Shown piece after piece: positions 59,984 to 64,000 of a stretch of DNA of 64,000 nt. The position numbers were made by a program, and so were the translations under genes. Numbering within the stretch: the first letter of the stretch is position 1; each line of letters starts with the position of its first letter. This stretch comes from Squalus acanthias. Its lineage: Eukaryota. Location of the stretch: NCBI GenBank assembly GCA_030390025.1, contig CM059433.1:12464001-12528000 (forward strand). Reading direction: 5' to 3'. The notes beneath the pieces are model-generated. The model was not told the DNA's origin. It saw only the letters and a list, made by a program, of their open reading frames with translations, and ran no database searches.

Positions 59984-62060
59984 CAAAACTTTTTTAAATT
60001 TGGCGCCCCCAACAGGGGCGACACCGAATTTCTAGCCCTTGATCTTTTATCCCAATTTTGAGAAACCTCTGCCGACACCCTCTGCTATTCATTAACATAG
60101 CCCCGCCCCTATGCAAAACTGCAGCTCATGCAAACTTCCTGAATTTGTGTTCGTTCGGAATGGGTTGTAAATTTACACTTAAAACTTCAGGTGCCAAAGA
60201 AGCCAAACTCATATTTCTGGTGTTTCATTCCAATTTTTAAAGCGTTTTAAAAATTTCTCCTCACTTGTACTCTCTGTATCTTTGAATGCATCGTTATGGC
60301 ATCAGAATGATTTGCGTTAAAAATTGAAAAACCTCCACAATTGCATTTTCTTAAACACGTTGTGTTGATGGTTTGATGGCTTCAGAGTTAAATTTTTATG
60401 CATAACAAGGGACATAAAGGAGGAATATGGAATGAGTTTCCTCGGGCCCCGATTGTTTACACCGATTTCCATGTTTTGAACACTGGGTTTTACGTTCTGT
60501 CATGTGCTGATGTGATTCTCAGCTAACTTTGGTGTAACTCGCCGAGGGGAAGATTGGCGAAAATTTCCAGTTACTCCGTTTCAGTTTCTAAGTAAAAATA
60601 AAGACAAAAGTGCTTTTGAAGGTAGGATTGTTGTCTTTGAGTGTTTTCTCATCTTACAGTGATTAGATTTTCTCCATCTTTAAAATTGACCTCTCTTACT
60701 CTGGCTTTAGTCTCCATATTCCTTGCTTTAAATGAGAAGATTACTTGTATATGTTCACATATGTATCGTCTTAATAGTGTTAAAAGTAGACTAACAAAAT
60801 ACATATATATATGAAAACCTACACAAGTAATTAAAAATAATGCATCAATATCATTTGTAATTAATCCTGGATTTTATAACGTGGCTTGGAGCCGTTTTGT
60901 AAATTAATTCTCAGGATGTGGGCACCACTGGCAAGACCAGCATTGATTGCCTAACGCCTATTGATACAACTGAGTGGCTTGCTAGGCCACTTCAGAGGGC
61001 AACCACAGTTCAACTGTGAACAGAATGTTATATTCACAGGATGGCATGCACATCTTTTGAACGCGCTGCGATAATTTCATTTGCAATGAAATATGGATAG
61101 CTAAGTACATGTGGCAAATAAGCAGAGAACTACAGATTAAACAGGATGTGGTGCGGTGTAGTAAGGTTAAGGAAATGCATGTTACTCTACGCAATTTTTT
61201 TTTGAAAGGTTTTTTTTTTGTGCAGTCACATTTCAGCACTGCTAAATTATACAGGCAGTCCTGACAAGTGTATTTTGGGCATATTGTGGTAATTCTTATT
61301 AACAAGTCAAAGTGCCCTACGATGATGGTTAGTTTACCGATCTGACAATTATTTGCTGACATATACAAGCAATTAAAGGAAAATTCCATTAATTGTATCT
61401 CACTTGATGAATTGCCACTCGTGAGCCGAAATTATGCTTCCCTTTACACAATTTCCCTCCCCCCCACAACTCACACACAAAAAGCTTGAGATCATAAAAC
61501 TATGGGGACAGACATTTCACTATCCGAGCATGCTAATTACTCGCAAAATAGCGTGGACCAGGGAGTTGCTGGCATAAATATTTTTTTATAAAATCAAAAA
61601 CTTTTTTCGTTTCAAGCACTGGTTCGGTTTTATTTTTATTTTGCACTCAGGCTGGGAGAATGCCTCAGCAAGTGCCTTCCTGGAATACCCCTTTAATTAT
61701 CAGTCACATGAGGCATCTTAATTGTAGTGTATTGCAATAATGTTGGTTTGACTCCAGAGGTGTAGAATGGTTACATCTAATATACATGGTCAACAGAACA
61801 AAAAAAAAGTTTCTTAGATACCGCAGCCATTTCAGATCCATTGTGATGTATCCAGGCCTCCAACCGCTCTCCCTGTTACTCTGTTAGTGTGTGCACACCA
61901 CACTCGACTATTTATAGTTTGCATTAGGGATTCTAGCATGGAATCAACGAGACACAATTATTTGCAGGGAGCCATTAACCCTTAGATTGCCAAATGCTCC
62001 AAGCAAATTCTCAGCCACATGGACTGAATATTTTTCCAAATATCGAATTCAGGTGACAGT

Positions 62061-62621
62061 CTTCTTCTTCTTCTTGCGTATGGTAGCAGCAAAGCCAATC
62101 AGATGTCAATAGCCAAGTCAGATATCCAGGCCAAAGCTTCCGGTGCAACAGCGTGGATATCTTGTAATAAAAACAGAAAATGCTGGAAATACTCAGCAGG
62201 TCAGGCAGCATCTGCAGAGAGAGAGAGAAACAGAGTTAACGTTTCGGGTCGATGACCTGACGAAGGGTCATCGACCTGAAACGTTAACTCTGTTTCTCTC
62301 TCCGCAGATGCTGCCTGACCTGCTGAGTATTTCCAGCATTCTCTGTTTTTATTTCAGATTTCCAGCATCTGCAGTATTTTGCTTTTGGATATCTTCCATG
62401 CTGCCTGTGAATTTCCTCTGAGGGCAGTGCTCGATGATGTGCTCCAGGGTCTGATTAGGAGCTCCACAGTCGCATGATGGGGATGCTTTAATCTTCCATC
62501 TGTGGAGAAGGTGGCAGCATCTACCAGGACCAGTTCTGAGGCGGTTGATGATTGTCCACTGTTTGCGAGGAAGGTTCGATCCTTCAGGTTGTACTGTGGG
62601 GTCCAGTGACAGCTGGACTGT
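62061..62621 (-). mobile_element. Ingi/Vingi-like LINE 3' end, split by a mini-PLE
   Basis: LPRKQWTIINRLRTG..CDCG..QTLEHIIEHCP (CCHC)..MEDI|HAVAPEALAWI; catacgc(aag)n tail; ggtgacagt 9-bp direct repeat at 62052-62060 and 62622-62630. Clade tentative. Confidence 0.7.
62164..62385. mobile_element. 222-bp palindromic mini-PLE (family B) with a hammerhead core at its centre
   Basis: ~90-bp inverted arms; CTGACGAagggtcatcgacctGAAACGTT at 62257-62285; 10-bp TSD tggatatctt. Confidence 0.88.
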
Positions 62622-62639
62622 GGTGACAGTTTCAGTCTC

Positions 62640-62770
62640 TTGTTCAGTGGTGCAGAATTTAAAAAGTACACCTTCCACATTTTGGTAGAATTGCTCAACC
62701 ATGCCATCTGACTGAGAATGCAGGGAATGCTCTGTGTCTTTTCCATCCCATGCTTCATGTTTCCAGGCAA
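62640..62770 (-). pseudogene. Possible Gypsy-type integrase remnant
   Basis: SLHSQSDGMVEQFYQ resembles the integrase motif (P)LHPQSDGMVERFN; short match only. Confidence 0.4.
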
Positions 62771-62791
62771 ACAACCACCTCAATATTCCTC

Positions 62792-63351
62792 AATACAAGA
62801 GCAAAATACTGCGGATGCTGGAAATCTGAAATAACAACAGGAAGTGCTGGAAACACCTCCACTCCCACTCTGATCTCTCCGTCCTCGGCCTCTTACACTA
62901 TTCCAACAAAGCTCAACGTAAGCTCAAGGAACAGCACCTCATCTTTCGATTAGGCACTTTACAGCCTTCTGGACTCAACATCGAGTTCAACAATTTCAGA
63001 CTATAAATTGGCCCCTGTATTTCTTTTTTTCTCTTTCTTGTTTCCTCAGCTGTTCATGTTGCTGCCATCATCATTCACACATCGTCTCGAGCCATCTTTT
63101 GTTTCTTAACTTGTCCCATTATCTTTTGCCTCGCACCATCATCCCTTTTGTCAGTCAATCTCTCCTGCCTTCCAGCCTATCACAGACCTTCCCTTTGTTC
63201 TTTCCTCCCCTCCTCCCTGCCCCTGCTTAAAAATCTCTCCTCCCCAACCTTTTCCAGTTCTGACGAAGGGTTCGACCCGAAACATTGACTCTGTTTCTCC
63301 TCTCTTCAATGCTGCCTGACCTGCTGAGTGTTTCCAGCACTTTCTGTTGTT
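62792..63351 (+). mobile_element. PLE family B 3' end (GIY-YIG C-terminus and pLTR) with a short inverted 5' end
   Basis: HSDLSVLGLL..QRKLKEQHLIFRLGTLQPSGLNIEFNNF*; hammerhead at 63256-63290; 15-bp TSD acctcaatattcctc. Confidence 0.9.
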
Positions 63352-63572
63352 ACCTCAATATTCCTCTCTTGGACACAACTGTCTGAATATACCGATTCAT
63401 CTTCCACTAGAATAGCTCTTACTCATTTTGCTTCTTTAACCTCGGAGCTTCTGTCCATTTGATATGATAGTTTCTGACTACAGATAACCCTGGTGGTGAC
63501 TTGGAGCATCCATAATGACTCTCTCACATCCCAGCCATGCAGGTGCTTGAATTTTCCCTGTTTCCTATTTGG

Positions 63573-63600
63573 TGATGTTGTTGTTGTTGTTGTTGTTGTT
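63573..63600. repeat. (GTT)n microsatellite
   Basis: About 8 tandem GTT units. Confidence 0.9.
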
Positions 63601-63616
63601 ACTTTACATTTATAAA

Positions 63617-64000
63617 GCTCACGGCACCATGGGTGGCTCAGCTGTACAGGGCGGGAGGCGGAAGGTCAATAAAGTAATAGTGATAGGGGATTCAATAGTT
63701 AGGGGAACAGACAGGTGTTTCTGCAGCCGCAGACGTGATTCCAGGATGGTGTGTTGCCTCCCTGGTGCCAGGGTCAAGGATGTCACTGAGCGGCTGAAGG
63801 ACATTCTGAGGGGGGAGGGTGAACAGCCAGAGGCCGTGGTCCATTTCGCTACCAATGACATAGGTAGGAAGAGGGATGAGGTCCTGCAGGCAGATTTTAG
63901 GGAGCTAGGAAAGATATTAATAAGCAGGACCTCAAAGGTAGTAATCTCCGGATTACTCCCGGTGCCACGCGCTAGTGAGTATAGAAATAGGAAGATGGAG
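63617..64000 (+). mobile_element. CR1 ORF1 SGNH esterase fragment, runs off the window edge
   Basis: VIVIGDSIVRGTDRCFCSRRRDSRMVCCLPGARVKDVTERL, homologous to 33060-33460. Confidence 0.9.

Larger units (their letters stand above)
54130..60038. mobile_element. Full-structure two-gene Harbinger transposon (inactivated) with nested LINE and MITE
   Basis: TIRs GGGGGAGAAATTC / GAATTTCTAGCCC; TTG TSD at 54127-54129 and 60039-60041; convergent transposase and Myb genes. Confidence 0.92.

Overview
Vertebrate-type genomic DNA made mostly of transposable elements. It is probably from a shark or other elasmobranch, inferred from HE1-like V-SINEs, a Deu-domain SINE and the CR1 families. No host protein-coding gene could be supported. 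Contents: (1) many CR1 LINE fragments, including one near-complete young copy at 29873-33634 whose ORF1 esterase and APE-RT ORF2 lie in one frame; (2) a second CR1-group (T1/Zenon-like) LINE family and an Ingi/Vingi-like LINE end; (3) a dense PIF/Harbinger population, with a full two-gene element at 54130-60038 (HARBI1-like DDE transposase convergent with a 3-exon Myb/SANT gene), deletion derivatives and MITEs with 3-bp TSDs; (4) two Penelope-like (PLE) families carrying minimal hammerhead ribozyme motifs, including a 2.3-kb insertion forming an ~880-bp inverted repeat and several 100-560 bp derivatives with 8-15 bp TSDs; (5) a pogo/Tigger-like MITE. The most interesting leads are a U-UUA-AAC slippery site at the CR1 ORF1/ORF2 junction, a spacing-conserved Harbinger cis-code (TTAGCGCC-N7-GGCGCTAA palindrome, a CRE ~173 bp from the end, TATA-like boxes), and ribozyme-bearing mini-PLE hairpins. 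All calls were made by eye and no database search was run.
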